Shown: positions 35,948 to 45,443 of the stretch, one piece after another
Layout: each line of letters starts with the position of its first letter
Position numbering within the stretch: position 1 is the stretch's first letter
IMG/VR virus record: IMGVR_UViG_3300028608_000011
Span: 1 to 64,000 of that record
Length of the DNA stretch: 64,000 nucleotides
Direction: 5' to 3' (one strand)
From: a virus
Translations under genes and position numbers: made by a program
Notes under the pieces: generated by a model
Database searches by the model: none
What the model was told of the DNA's origin: nothing
What the model saw: only the letters and a program-made list of their open reading frames with translations

Positions 35948-36477
35948 TCGAGATCAAGGCGGTGATCATCGCCGTCGGCGCTGCTCTGGTAATCGGGGCG
36001 GGCGCCGGCGGCTACGCTGCCTGGCAGTACCGGGCAATGAAGGCTGACAACGATCTGCTCGATCTGCGCAACACGTTCGACAGCGCCACCGCCGCGGCCA
36101 AAGAGCAGTCGCTGGGCGTAGAGCGAGAGCTGCAGGCCCAGATCAACCAGGTGAGTCAGAAGGGTCGAGATGAAAACCAGAAGATCGAATCTAACGCTGC
36201 TGTGGCTGCTTCCACTACTGGCAGCCTGCTCGCGGCAGCCGATCAGCGTTTCAGTGCCACCGCCTGTGATCCCGGAGTTGCCCGCCGAGGCGCGGCAGCA
36301 ACCTCGGCCGCGTATCTGTATTCCCAGCTGCTTGGAGAATCTCAGCGCCTGGCAGAAGGGTTGGCAAAAGAAGCTGACAGCGCCCGAAGCCGAGGGCAGT
36401 CTTGTGAAGCCGCTTACGACACAGTGAGAAGGGGATTGGATTTGTTGCGGAAGGGGGCGGCTGTAACCGCTGGGTGA
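35944..36477 (+). CDS. i-spanin (Rz-like)
   Basis: N-terminal transmembrane helix, coiled coil, CEAAYD near the C-terminus. Confidence 0.8.
   Translation: MIEIKAVIIAVGAALVIGAGAGGYAAWQYRAMKADNDLLDLRNTFDSATAAAKEQSLGVERELQAQINQVSQKGRDENQKIESNAAVAASTTGSLLAAADQRFSATACDPGVARRGAAATSAAYLYSQLLGESQRLAEGLAKEADSARSRGQSCEAAYDTVRRGLDLLRKGAAVTAG
36170..36427 (+). CDS. o-spanin (Rz1-like) embedded in Rz
   Basis: +1 frame inside Rz; lipobox LAAC; Pro-rich mature part. Confidence 0.8.
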   Translation: MKTRRSNLTLLWLLPLLAACSRQPISVSVPPPVIPELPAEARQQPRPRICIPSCLENLSAWQKGWQKKLTAPEAEGSLVKPLTTQ

Positions 36478-36481
36478 TGGG

Positions 36482-36506
36482 GAGGGCAGCGATCGCTGCC
36501 CTCTTT
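36482..36506. terminator. hairpin at the convergence of the two arms
   Basis: GAGGGCAGC-GATC-GCTGCCCTC followed by TTT. Confidence 0.6.
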
Positions 36507-36510
36507 GCTG

Positions 36511-36804
36511 CTATGGATGTGTCCACCAGAACTTGCCGAACACCGTGCTGCCATCCAGCAGCCGGTACTCCATGTTGCCCTCGCGCTCCGACAGATGCCG
36601 GGTGCGGAACGCAATGACCACTTTGTCCGACTCGCTCAGCTTGGAAAGCGGAATGCCTTCCTCGTGAACTTTGGTGCCGGCTGGCAGCTTGATGTACATC
36701 CAGCTGCCTACCGGCGCCAGCTTGCCAGGGTCATTCCAGTGGGTGGTCTCATCGACGTGCCCACAGTGCGCGCAGACCGCGCCCTGAATTTTGTTCAGGC
36801 TCAT
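36511..36804 (-). CDS. hypothetical protein
   Basis: ATG just after the upstream stop; CAHC motif. Confidence 0.65.
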   Translation of the reverse strand: MSLNKIQGAVCAHCGHVDETTHWNDPGKLAPVGSWMYIKLPAGTKVHEEGIPLSKLSESDKVVIAFRTRHLSEREGNMEYRLLDGSTVFGKFWWTHP

Positions 36805-36805
36805 T

Positions 36806-37054
36806 TCAGCCCTCACATTTGACGTGGTAGATGGTTTCGTTCTTGTCCCGGTAGGCCTTGGCCTGCGCTGACAGTTCGTCCTGAATCTCTCTGCGAGTCT
36901 TTACCGAGCCGTCGGCGTTGGTGTTGAAGGGGTTGAGGGTCTGCATGAACTCCTTCGTCCGGGTGCATTTCTTGCCGCACTTTCCGCACGGCGCCGTGGT
37001 CTTGTTGGTCAGCTTGACCACTTCAAAGGTTTGTCGGGTGGTACGCATACTCAC
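36806..37054 (-). CDS. small Cys-containing hypothetical protein
   Basis: CGKCGK...QTLNPFN...H..C; GTGA overlap with the SbcC-like gene. Confidence 0.65.
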   Translation of the reverse strand: MSMRTTRQTFEVVKLTNKTTAPCGKCGKKCTRTKEFMQTLNPFNTNADGSVKTRREIQDELSAQAKAYRDKNETIYHVKCEG

Positions 37055-39315
37055 TCTCCTACGTTGACGATGTTTTCGGCCAGCGCCTGGTCTGTCTCGC
37101 GGTGGGTGATCAGCAGCACCTGCTTGGCGCTGACAGCGATCATCGCGGCGAGGGACGCAGCGTTGTGTTCACGGCACGACTCAGTCGGCTCATCGAAGAT
37201 CAGCAGGCTGTCCTTGCCGTACAGTGCACGGGCCAGGCCCACACGCAGTGACACGCCGATCATGGCCTTCTGAGCGCCGGAAGCACTGGCGGTTGGCGCC
37301 ATGATCCCGTCCTCTTCGAACAGGAACTCGCCATCCTCGTTGGTGATCTTGGTGATCAGATCCTTCGAGGCGGTGCGCACCAGGCGGCTGGACACACCCA
37401 TAACGGTGTCCCAGACTTCCTTCAGGTACTGCTGGCGGCGCTCGCGCAGGAACTGCACCAGCCGACCGTATTTCTTGGCCAGCACGGTGTGCTCCAGAGC
37501 CGCAGCGTTGCGAGCCTGCAGACCTTCGAGCTTTTCCTTCGCCAGTTTCAGCAGCTGCGATTGGTGCTTGAGGGTTTGCTCGGCGGCGGCCACTGCCGAC
37601 TGGAGTTCCTGGCGCTTCTCCTTCCACATCGTGAGGGCATCGCGGTAGGTGATCTCCAGAGCTTCAGCTGCGCTCACCTCTTCGTCGGTTGGCGGCTCAG
37701 GCATGGCCTCCAGCTGGTCGTTGAGCAGCTGCAGGGTGACCTCGTTATCAGTCAGCGCCTTCTCAGCCTTGGCCAGGGCGTCCTTGTCGGTGTTGAACAC
37801 CGAGTTGGCTTCGTTCACGCCCTTCAGCTTGGCGTTGAGATCCGCATAGGCCTCGCGGCTGGCCGTCAGTGCAGCGGTGGCTGCATCCAGCTCGGCCTGG
37901 ATCACGTCAGCCTTGCGCAGCTTGGCCAGCGCCTCGGTGTTGGCCTTGTAACCTTCGTTGGCGCTGTCCACGGCCGCTGCAGCCTTGTTGTAGGCAGCCA
38001 GCTTGTCCTGCAGCTCAGTGCGGCGGGACTTGCTGGCGGTGATGCCCTTCTGCAGCTCAGCCACGGACGTCTTGCGACCTTCCCAGTAGACGCGAGCCTC
38101 TTCAGCCTCCGCTGCCAGCTTGACCGGGTCGTGCTCTTCCTTGGCGCGGTTGCAGGTTGGGCACACGGCGCCGTCGGACAGCATGATTAGGTTGTCGTAG
38201 GCACCCTTGGCCTTGCCTACTTCTTCCTGGCGCGCTGCGAGATCTTCCTCGGCGGCAGGGATGGCCTTGTCGAGCAAGGTCACCTCAGCCATCAGCTCGT
38301 CTTCCTCGAACTCAGCCCAGTTGGCGGTGAACTCGACCTGACGGGTGTTCAGCGTGAGATCCGACTCGTCGGTGTCCTGCTGCACAGCCTTGCGGTGTGA
38401 GGCCTCGTCCTGCAGGTTCTTTTCCTTTACCGCCAGCTCTCCGCCAGCAGTCTTGGCTTTTTGCAGCTCAGCCTGCAGCGCCGCAGCGTCTTGCAGTTCG
38501 CGACCTTCAAGACGTTTCTTCGCCTCGTCGACGCGCTCCTGCATGTTTTTGACCTGAACCTCGGCCACGCCGATCTTGTTCGACAGGGTGACGACGTCGG
38601 CCAACTGCTGACGCATTGCGGAGGAGGATGCAGGCTGCTCCATGGTGAACTCGCCGTGCAGATCCAGTGCACCGTTGGCATCTTCCAGCGCAATGCAGGC
38701 CTGCTGTTCAGAGTCGCTCGCTGTCTGCAGGTCACGCTGCACCGCTTCCATGTCCTCGGCAGACACTTCTTTGGCATCGGCTTGGCTGGTGTTCATGGTG
38801 GCCTGACGCTGTGCTTCGACCTGCACCTTGTCGATCAGGTCAACGCCGGCGAACTCTTCGACCTTCTTGTTCAGCGCGGTGGCGCCGAAGTCGAGGATGC
38901 CGGCCGAGGAGCCCTGACGGGACTGCACGAACAGGTTCCAGTCCTTGGCTGCCAGCCCCAGCATTTCTTCCACAGCGGCGGTCACCGGCGTGTTGCCGTT
39001 GGCCACCAGCTCAACGGTGCCGTCGGCATTCAGGCGGCTGAGCTTGGCCGAGTTGTTGTTGCGGGACAGGGTGTAGATCCCGCCGTGCAGCTCGTACTTC
39101 AGCTCGATGGTGAACTTGGTCTGGCCCCAGGTCGGGATGTTTTCTTTCTTGCCTGGCACCACAGTCACACCGAACAGCGCGGCTTCTACAGCCTGCAGCA
39201 GGGTGGACTTGCCGCGAGCGTTGTCGCCGGCGATGACGTTCAGACCGTTGGTGAAATCCGCGGTGAAGTTGCCCAACTTCTTGAAGTGGGTGGTGACGAG
39301 TGATAACAGACGCAT
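37051..39315 (-). CDS. SbcC/Rad50-like SMC ATPase
   Basis: Walker A GDNARGKST, Q-loop, CPTC zinc hook, signature ASGAQ, Walker B LIFDEP, ITH. Confidence 0.92.
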   Translation of the reverse strand: MRLLSLVTTHFKKLGNFTADFTNGLNVIAGDNARGKSTLLQAVEAALFGVTVVPGKKENIPTWGQTKFTIELKYELHGGIYTLSRNNNSAKLSRLNADGTVELVANGNTPVTAAVEEMLGLAAKDWNLFVQSRQGSSAGILDFGATALNKKVEEFAGVDLIDKVQVEAQRQATMNTSQADAKEVSAEDMEAVQRDLQTASDSEQQACIALEDANGALDLHGEFTMEQPASSSAMRQQLADVVTLSNKIGVAEVQVKNMQERVDEAKKRLEGRELQDAAALQAELQKAKTAGGELAVKEKNLQDEASHRKAVQQDTDESDLTLNTRQVEFTANWAEFEEDELMAEVTLLDKAIPAAEEDLAARQEEVGKAKGAYDNLIMLSDGAVCPTCNRAKEEHDPVKLAAEAEEARVYWEGRKTSVAELQKGITASKSRRTELQDKLAAYNKAAAAVDSANEGYKANTEALAKLRKADVIQAELDAATAALTASREAYADLNAKLKGVNEANSVFNTDKDALAKAEKALTDNEVTLQLLNDQLEAMPEPPTDEEVSAAEALEITYRDALTMWKEKRQELQSAVAAAEQTLKHQSQLLKLAKEKLEGLQARNAAALEHTVLAKKYGRLVQFLRERRQQYLKEVWDTVMGVSSRLVRTASKDLITKITNEDGEFLFEEDGIMAPTASASGAQKAMIGVSLRVGLARALYGKDSLLIFDEPTESCREHNAASLAAMIAVSAKQVLLITHRETDQALAENIVNVGE

Positions 39316-39353
39316 GGCGCCTCCTAGTGAGGATTCTTCGCTGATTAGCGAGG

Positions 39354-39530
39354 TTACATTGATTTGATGGCGTCAGCTACAGCCAAGGAAAGGGGATGAG
39401 GGTTGCGATTGGTTCTAGTTATTGAACCAATCAGCTGCTCAAGCTTGGCCAGTTTGGCTTCAGACCACCCGCACTGTGCGAATTTATTGAACAGTGCGGG
39501 GTGATCTGTGGGCACCCAGCCCACGTTCAC
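39354..39530 (-). CDS. possible small protein (58 aa; not in the ORF track) in a highly structured segment
   Basis: GGAGG SD, GTG overlapping the upstream TGA: MNVGWVPTDHPALFNKFAQCGWSEAKLAKLEQLIGSITRTNRNPHPLSLAVADAIKSM. Confidence 0.35.
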   Translation of the reverse strand: MNVGWVPTDHPALFNKFAQCGWSEAKLAKLEQLIGSITRTNRNPHPLSLAVADAIKSM

Positions 39531-40123
39531 AGGGCCTCCATTGCAGCCATGTAATCGCCGAAGTCCTCGCCCTGGTGGTGCGTGTAGGACAACTTCTTGA
39601 TGAACGCCTTCTGGATCGCTGCGTCCGCAGCCTGCGCCACTTCGGCGTCGACTTCCACGCCTTGGCCCAGCTCCGGCAAGTCAATGTCGATCAGCATGGC
39701 AGCTGCCTTGACGTCGAACAGCTCGCGGATCAGCGCCTGGCGATTGGTCTCTTGGCTGTGGCCATACGGGCTGACGCTTTCGAAGCCGTGGCGGAGGATC
39801 TTGCCGATGACCTGCACCACCTCGCCGCACTCTTCCATCAGGATGGCCAGGCGCTCAGCCTGCGCCGGTGACAGCCCGTTGAAGTGGGCGTCGGCCAGCT
39901 GACCAATCCACGGCGCTGGCTCCTCGCTCTGCGGCCGCAGGAACAGCTCAGCCTTGCCAGCTGCCCGCTCCAGACGCTCGATGTCACCCTCCGGCAGGAT
40001 GCCTTTGCTGGACAGTGTGTCCACCTCGTCGATCAGCTCGTCGAGGATGTTGTCGACCTTGTCGACGGCGCCCGGAATGCCCTGAGCGATGTTGCAGTAA
40101 CCGTTGAATCGGAAATTATTCAT
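39527..40123 (-). CDS. MazG-like nucleotide pyrophosphohydrolase domain protein
   Basis: LMEECGEVVQVIGKILRHG...RELFDV (ExxE...ExxD). Confidence 0.7.
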   Translation of the reverse strand: MNNFRFNGYCNIAQGIPGAVDKVDNILDELIDEVDTLSSKGILPEGDIERLERAAGKAELFLRPQSEEPAPWIGQLADAHFNGLSPAQAERLAILMEECGEVVQVIGKILRHGFESVSPYGHSQETNRQALIRELFDVKAAAMLIDIDLPELGQGVEVDAEVAQAADAAIQKAFIKKLSYTHHQGEDFGDYMAAMEAL

Positions 40124-40859
40124 GAGTTTTCTCCGGTGCGGCGAGTAGTGGGTTGATGCGGCTTTCCAGCGCAAGCTTCAGGGCTTCAGGCGGCTGTCCG
40201 AAGAAGTCGTGCATACGCTGGCCGATGCCTTCGATGGACGCCTTGAACGCTGCACAGGCAGCCTCCGCTTCGGCACTCCACACGATGGTCTGCCCAGCGT
40301 GGAAGCGGTCGTTGCTGAAGTTGGTGGTGCTCAAAGTTTCCTTCTCGTGGTCATCGGCGTCTTCGACGATCTCCAGCTCGTACAGCTTGTTGTCCACCAG
40401 ATAACGGACGCCGTAGTGGAAGCCGAGCACGGGAATCTCTTGGAACGACGGCTGCCCTTTGGATACCGAACGACCATCTGCGTCACGGGCAACGTAGGCC
40501 ACGGTATAGGCGATGACCTTGACCCGCGAGGCATGCAGCACCCGCTCATAGAACTCGCGTCCAATCGCACGCAGCAACTTTTCCATGGTGTCCAGGCTGG
40601 ACTTGGTGCGGACGAAGTAGGTGCCGGTCTTTGGGTCTCGGTCGATAGGCTCCTGCCGGAACAGCGGGATGTAGCTGCCGAAGAACTTGGCGTAGTGGTC
40701 AGGCATAGCTGCCACAAACGACGTGTCGCCGCGCGGGTCGAGGTAAATCGCTGTCTTGCCCTGAATGTAGTTAGGCTCTCGACCAATGCAGTCCTCGAAG
40801 TAGCCTACGCCGACGTCCTTCAGCTTCTTGTACGGAGCTGGGAATGGCTTATGGCTCAT
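40116..40859 (-). CDS. hypothetical protein (247 aa)
   Basis: ATGA overlap with the SbcD-like gene; phage codon usage. Confidence 0.75.
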   Translation of the reverse strand: MSHKPFPAPYKKLKDVGVGYFEDCIGREPNYIQGKTAIYLDPRGDTSFVAAMPDHYAKFFGSYIPLFRQEPIDRDPKTGTYFVRTKSSLDTMEKLLRAIGREFYERVLHASRVKVIAYTVAYVARDADGRSVSKGQPSFQEIPVLGFHYGVRYLVDNKLYELEIVEDADDHEKETLSTTNFSNDRFHAGQTIVWSAEAEAACAAFKASIEGIGQRMHDFFGQPPEALKLALESRINPLLAAPEKTHE

Positions 40860-41941
40860 GCGTTCACCTTCTGTACCAGTTCAGCGAAGAGAGGGGCGAG
40901 GTCGCTGCCTTCCAGATCGCGTGCAATCCGGGTCTGCAGATCTTCGGCGACCACACCCTCGATGTCGGTGTCCACGTCCTTCAGGGAGTCGAGCAGCTCG
41001 ACCTTGTTGCGCACGGCGAACAGGTCGTTGCAAGTCTGCAGCTCAGTGCCTGCCGGGCCGCAAGCTTGGTACTCGCCGGCCTTCCAGATCTCGCGGATGA
41101 ACTCGCTGACCTCCACCGCGCTGGACACGCTCTCGGCGCCGGTGACGTCAACGAACTGTACGCCTCTGAGATCGGGGATATCGCCGCCCAGCTTGATCTC
41201 GCAGTAGCTCTGTGTCTCCGACCAGATCAGCTCTTTGGTCAGCGTGGCGGTGTCCAGCTCCAGGTGGTAGATGAACTTGTCGCCGATGTCGTGGAAGCTG
41301 GTAGGGTGAGTGTTTCCCAGCACCACGACCTGGCCGCCGAGGTCTGTCGAACCATTGTGCTCATGGCCGATGAAGATGTAATCGAACGATGCGATCAACT
41401 CTTTGGCCAGGTCACGGCTCAGGTTAAGCGTGCTGTCCTCGGTGTTAAGCTCGAAGTTGTAGTTGCAGTGCAGGAACAGGTAGCTGGCCAGGCCGTCACG
41501 GTGCGCCGCTGCGTGCTCTGCTGCCTGGCGCATCGCGACTTCGAAAGTCTCTTGGCTGGCGTGGTGCGGCACGAAGTACAGCGACTCGTGGCAATCGAAG
41601 AACGGATCTGTCAGGTTTGGCACCGCGATGATCGGTGCCCCCATGTCTCGGATCGCCCGAAGCGAGGTCACAGTGCCTTCGCGGTTGGTCTCATCGTGGT
41701 TGCCCGCCAACGTCCAGCGGCAGCCGCTGGCCACGTTGAACCCCTGCACGATGACCTCTTCGCTGTTGAACGACTTGTCGAACAGGTCGCCAACACAGAT
41801 CAGCGGGTTGGTCGCGGTGTTGACGATGGTCATCGCTTGGTCGTACAGCGCCTGCTTCAGCCTGGCCGAAGACTCCCGAGTGGTGTGCGCTGCCCGGGAA
41901 GTCCCCAGATGGGGGTCGGTGAAGATGGTGATGTTTTTCAT
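40856..41941 (-). CDS. SbcD/Mre11-like metallophosphoesterase nuclease
   Basis: DPHLG, GDLFD, GNHD, GHEH motifs. Confidence 0.9.
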   Translation of the reverse strand: MKNITIFTDPHLGTSRAAHTTRESSARLKQALYDQAMTIVNTATNPLICVGDLFDKSFNSEEVIVQGFNVASGCRWTLAGNHDETNREGTVTSLRAIRDMGAPIIAVPNLTDPFFDCHESLYFVPHHASQETFEVAMRQAAEHAAAHRDGLASYLFLHCNYNFELNTEDSTLNLSRDLAKELIASFDYIFIGHEHNGSTDLGGQVVVLGNTHPTSFHDIGDKFIYHLELDTATLTKELIWSETQSYCEIKLGGDIPDLRGVQFVDVTGAESVSSAVEVSEFIREIWKAGEYQACGPAGTELQTCNDLFAVRNKVELLDSLKDVDTDIEGVVAEDLQTRIARDLEGSDLAPLFAELVQKVNA

Positions 41942-42054
41942 TGAAACAGTCCTTTCACGAAATGGTGAAGTGCAGAAAGGAGTGGGATCGCCGTGAACAC
42001 GATGATCCCCTCGAGAATGAACAGCGCGAGTTTCTTCTTGACGTCGTTGGTCAT
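41938..42054 (-). CDS. small single-pass membrane peptide (38 aa; not in the ORF track)
   Basis: MTNDVKKKLALFILEGIIVFTAIPLLSALHHFVKGLFQ; ATGA overlap with the SbcD-like gene. Confidence 0.5.
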   Translation of the reverse strand: MTNDVKKKLALFILEGIIVFTAIPLLSALHHFVKGLFQ

Positions 42055-42103
42055 GGTTCCATCCATTCAAGGTTGGGGCAGCGCGCTGCCCCGGGCTTTA
42101 CGG

Positions 42104-43279
42104 TCAGGCGTTCTTGTCCGATTCCCAGCACTTCGATACCGGCAAGTTGGGGATGCCGTCCGGCGTGAAGCCGAAGTGGCGAACCACGTTGCGCTGGCCG
42201 ACGTAGGAGTCACGCGCTTCCCACTGTGCGTTCTTTTGGTCTTTGGTGCCGTGGGCGGTAGCCTTGAAGGTACGGCCGGTGCCGTCGCCGACGTCCATTA
42301 CCCAGACAGGGACGCGGAGGTAGCCGGTGACAACGCCGTCTTCATCGCGGATCTCGTAGGGCGTGCCTTCCTCGTAACCGGTGACGGTGTACTCGTGGTC
42401 TTCCATGTCCTTGATCTTCAGCAGGCCCGTGCTGCGTTTACCATCGAGGTAGCCGCTGTCACCGTGGCGAACGATGCTGCCCTCGTAACCCTGCTCAAGG
42501 TACTGCTGGTGCAGATGCTTGGCGCCTTCCAGGCTGTCAACGCGCACCGTCGATACCAGCTTCAACGGCGAGCTGACGGTGGAGTGGGTTACCTGGTACG
42601 GAGTCTGCCCGAGAATGGCAGCCACGCGGGCATAGCGGTCGCTGAACTGGTCACCGGCGACCATGTCGTAGATGTGGTATTCGATCACCGCGGACTCTTC
42701 GCGAGGATCCTTGATCAGGCTGCCGATCTCTTGCAGCGAGATCCCGTGGCAGTACAGCTCACCGTCAAGGTGCACGTCGCCGAGAAGCGCCAGGGCTTCA
42801 GCGATGTGAGGCAAGTTGATCGGCTTGCCGTTGCGGCTGTACATCAGGCCGTTCTTCGACAGGCAGCGGTGGCCATCCAGCTTCGGCTGCACGAAAGCGT
42901 TGCTCCAGTCCACCTTCTCCGGCTTCACCTTGTCGATGGGGTGGGCCAGCATTGGCATTTCATTGCCGCTTGCGTTGGTGGCCGGCGCGGTGGCTGCTTC
43001 CTCGGTTTCAACGTAGCCCTTGTCGAGCTGTTTTTTCCAGCGCGACTCGGCTTCAGCGATCGCTTGCTGTGCCGGAGTGGTCTCGTTGGCTTTGCCGATA
43101 TTCACTCCCTTCACCGCAGTGTTCTTCTCGACCGCCGCGCCGTCCATGGTCTTGGCGAACGTAATGTTCAGCGCTGCTTTGCCGTCTTCCAGCTCTCGGG
43201 CTTCCACCTTCCACCAGCCCGTGGATTTGCCGTGGTTCTTGTACAGCGTCTTGCTCGACAGCGTTTTGAAATCAGTCAT
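42104..43279 (-). CDS. ATP-dependent DNA ligase with N-terminal extension
   Basis: QPKLDGHR (KxDG), LDGELY, YEGSIVR, LLKIK. Confidence 0.9.
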   Translation of the reverse strand: MTDFKTLSSKTLYKNHGKSTGWWKVEARELEDGKAALNITFAKTMDGAAVEKNTAVKGVNIGKANETTPAQQAIAEAESRWKKQLDKGYVETEEAATAPATNASGNEMPMLAHPIDKVKPEKVDWSNAFVQPKLDGHRCLSKNGLMYSRNGKPINLPHIAEALALLGDVHLDGELYCHGISLQEIGSLIKDPREESAVIEYHIYDMVAGDQFSDRYARVAAILGQTPYQVTHSTVSSPLKLVSTVRVDSLEGAKHLHQQYLEQGYEGSIVRHGDSGYLDGKRSTGLLKIKDMEDHEYTVTGYEEGTPYEIRDEDGVVTGYLRVPVWVMDVGDGTGRTFKATAHGTKDQKNAQWEARDSYVGQRNVVRHFGFTPDGIPNLPVSKCWESDKNA

Positions 43280-43313
43280 CAGTCCATACCCCAAAAATTA
43301 GAAACCCCGCTAC

Positions 43314-43835
43314 TTAGCGGGATTTGTTCAGTGTATCCGCATGTGAAGGTATGCGGAAGTAGTCAGAGATCAGATCAACCACACGCTGCCTTTGCAGCTT
43401 GTTGATGACCCCCACATTTGCCCAGGTGGCGAGCAGGTGGCGTTTGTCGATCCGCGCTGTGTCGTGTACGGCGATGCCGTCCCACAGCTGGATCACGCCG
43501 TTCTGCGCGTCCCAGAACAGGATGTAGTAGGGAATGCCCAGCAGGAACCTGAACCGGGCGATCGCTCCACGCTGCGCCGGCCGAACCGCGGCCTTGGGCA
43601 TCGTGCTGTGTTCCTCACTGGCTTTCACCTCGAGGAAACACAGCCTCTGGCCGTCCTGCAGGTTCTGACACCCTGCAGGCAGGCCGAGGAGGTAATCGCT
43701 GGGCTGCTCAGCAACGATGGAGCCGGCGGCCCCGGAGTCCGAGAGGCGGTGGTAGCTGACAAGGCGCTGATCAAACAGCATCTTGAACACCTGCACCATT
43801 TCCTTCTCGAACACCTTCCCGATGCTTGCAGCCAT
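43314..43835 (-). CDS. RecU-like Holliday junction resolvase (PD-(D/E)xK)
   Basis: GKVFE...PSDY...LEVK...Q pattern. Confidence 0.7.
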   Translation of the reverse strand: MAASIGKVFEKEMVQVFKMLFDQRLVSYHRLSDSGAAGSIVAEQPSDYLLGLPAGCQNLQDGQRLCFLEVKASEEHSTMPKAAVRPAQRGAIARFRFLLGIPYYILFWDAQNGVIQLWDGIAVHDTARIDKRHLLATWANVGVINKLQRQRVVDLISDYFRIPSHADTLNKSR

Positions 43836-43837
43836 GG

Positions 43838-44404
43838 TCAGCCTTCCTTGAGCTGGTCGATCAACCCCATCAGGCTGATGTCGAAGTCGGTCAGCGACCC
43901 GTCGTTGACGATGGTGTGGGTGATGTAGGAGCGAGCAATACCCTTCTCGCTGACATGCCCCTCAAGGCCTACGGCGGTCTTCACCTTCTCCACCAGGCTG
44001 TGGTGCTCCGGCCGGACGATCTCGATGATCACCCCGCCATTGAGCGTGATCCACTCCGCCTCGGAGTCGAATCGCACATCGCTGAGCACCATGCCGTCGA
44101 TAGCCGGTAGGCTGTTGATCTCCTTCCAGCGCCTGGCCACCAGATTCACCCAGATCTGTGGGTTCATCAGCTCCCGGCCCCACTCGGTGCCGAGCGTCTG
44201 CATCATCACCCGGTACGACTTGCAGGTTTCAGGGCAGATGTCCGAGCGATCGCCTTCGTGAAAGTGATCGCCGAAGACCGACTTCAGCATGGTCTTCAGC
44301 GGCTCCGCGAAAGCGTACTGACTGAGCGCCAGGTGTCGGGCCAGATAGCGCGCTGCGTGATCTTTACCCGACCTGGCCAGGCCGGTCACGCCGAGCAGCA
44401 TCAC
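43838..44404 (-). CDS. deoxynucleoside monophosphate kinase
   Basis: GLARSGKD, FAEPLK, R..MQTLGTEWGR, SDVRF..E, H.SE. Confidence 0.9.
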   Translation of the reverse strand: MMLLGVTGLARSGKDHAARYLARHLALSQYAFAEPLKTMLKSVFGDHFHEGDRSDICPETCKSYRVMMQTLGTEWGRELMNPQIWVNLVARRWKEINSLPAIDGMVLSDVRFDSEAEWITLNGGVIIEIVRPEHHSLVEKVKTAVGLEGHVSEKGIARSYITHTIVNDGSLTDFDISLMGLIDQLKEG

Positions 44405-45147
44405 AGCGGCTGCTCAACGCGGAGTTTCAGGGCCTGTGTCAGCTCATCGCTGAACAGCATTTCGCACTTGTCGCTGAGCAGCCACTTGCAATAGTCACGG
44501 CCGAGGTTCTTCACCTTGCTGCCCTTGTGCTGGCCGAAGCCGATCTTCATTTCCAGCGTGCCGTCGTCACCCTGCATCCAGGCCATCAGCTGGTCGAGGT
44601 TCTCGACCTTTGCCCAGCCGAACAGCGGCTTGATGCAGATCAGGGTGCCTTCAACGTCGGCGAAGGCGTCATGCGCCTTGCCCAGCGGTTCGCCCACCAG
44701 GTGCTCGTAGAAGTGAACCAGCTTGGCGCTCGGCCACTTGTGTTCGCTCTTGAGCTTTCGTGCAGCCTTCATCAGGTCGATGGACTTCGGTGCACGAAGG
44801 CCGACCCGCGCTGCAATCCGGTTGTCGAACGAGCCGCTGTTGTAGCCGATCACGGCATCCAGCTTCATCTCGTTGACGGTTTCCATCTGCTCGCGCAGAT
44901 ACTCTTCCCACGGCTTTTCATCGATCAGGTCGTGGGCGTAATAGCCGTGAACTTTCGAGGCTTCCGGGTGGATCTCCTGCCCGGGGTTCAACAAGGTCAC
45001 GTCCTTGTCGTGGATTTCAAACTCACCATTCTGGTGAACGGTCACGATACACAGGGCTGACTGCAGAACGCCGCAGGTTGCGGCATCCACCCCCGTGGTT
45101 TCGTAGTCGTGCGCTAATGCCTTGACGCTCTGTCCATTGAAGCTCAT
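44401..45147 (-). CDS. DEDDh 3'-5' exonuclease (ExoX/DnaQ-like)
   Basis: DYETTG, YN..FD, HDAFADV; C-terminal FGQHKG...Y..WL domain. Confidence 0.85.
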   Translation of the reverse strand: MSFNGQSVKALAHDYETTGVDAATCGVLQSALCIVTVHQNGEFEIHDKDVTLLNPGQEIHPEASKVHGYYAHDLIDEKPWEEYLREQMETVNEMKLDAVIGYNSGSFDNRIAARVGLRAPKSIDLMKAARKLKSEHKWPSAKLVHFYEHLVGEPLGKAHDAFADVEGTLICIKPLFGWAKVENLDQLMAWMQGDDGTLEMKIGFGQHKGSKVKNLGRDYCKWLLSDKCEMLFSDELTQALKLRVEQPL

Positions 45148-45443
45148 TTGGCTTTCCTTTCTGCTGTGAAGAAGTCTTTGTGGATGGCCGGCCATTTACG
45201 GCGGAACGCCTCAATCCGCCTAGCCATGAGTGACTCGTTGTGCTGGGAGTCAGCGAGCTGCTTGCGCAGCTCACGGACTTTTGCAGCGGTTTCCCGCAGG
45301 CGCTGGTTCTCCACCAGCAGTCGGGTGTTGTCGGCGAGCAGCTGATCAACATCAATCGGCTTGGCTGGTGCGGGATCCGGGAGGTTGAGAACAGCCTCCC
45401 GAAATTTTTCCCACCAGCCGCCCTTAGTCGGCGATGTTTTCAA
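45144..45443 (-). CDS. hypothetical coiled-coil protein
   Basis: probable TTG start overlapping the end of the polymerase gene; ATGA overlap downstream. Confidence 0.55.
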   Translation of the reverse strand: MKTSPTKGGWWEKFREAVLNLPDPAPAKPIDVDQLLADNTRLLVENQRLRETAAKVRELRKQLADSQHNESLMARRIEAFRRKWPAIHKDFFTAERKAK

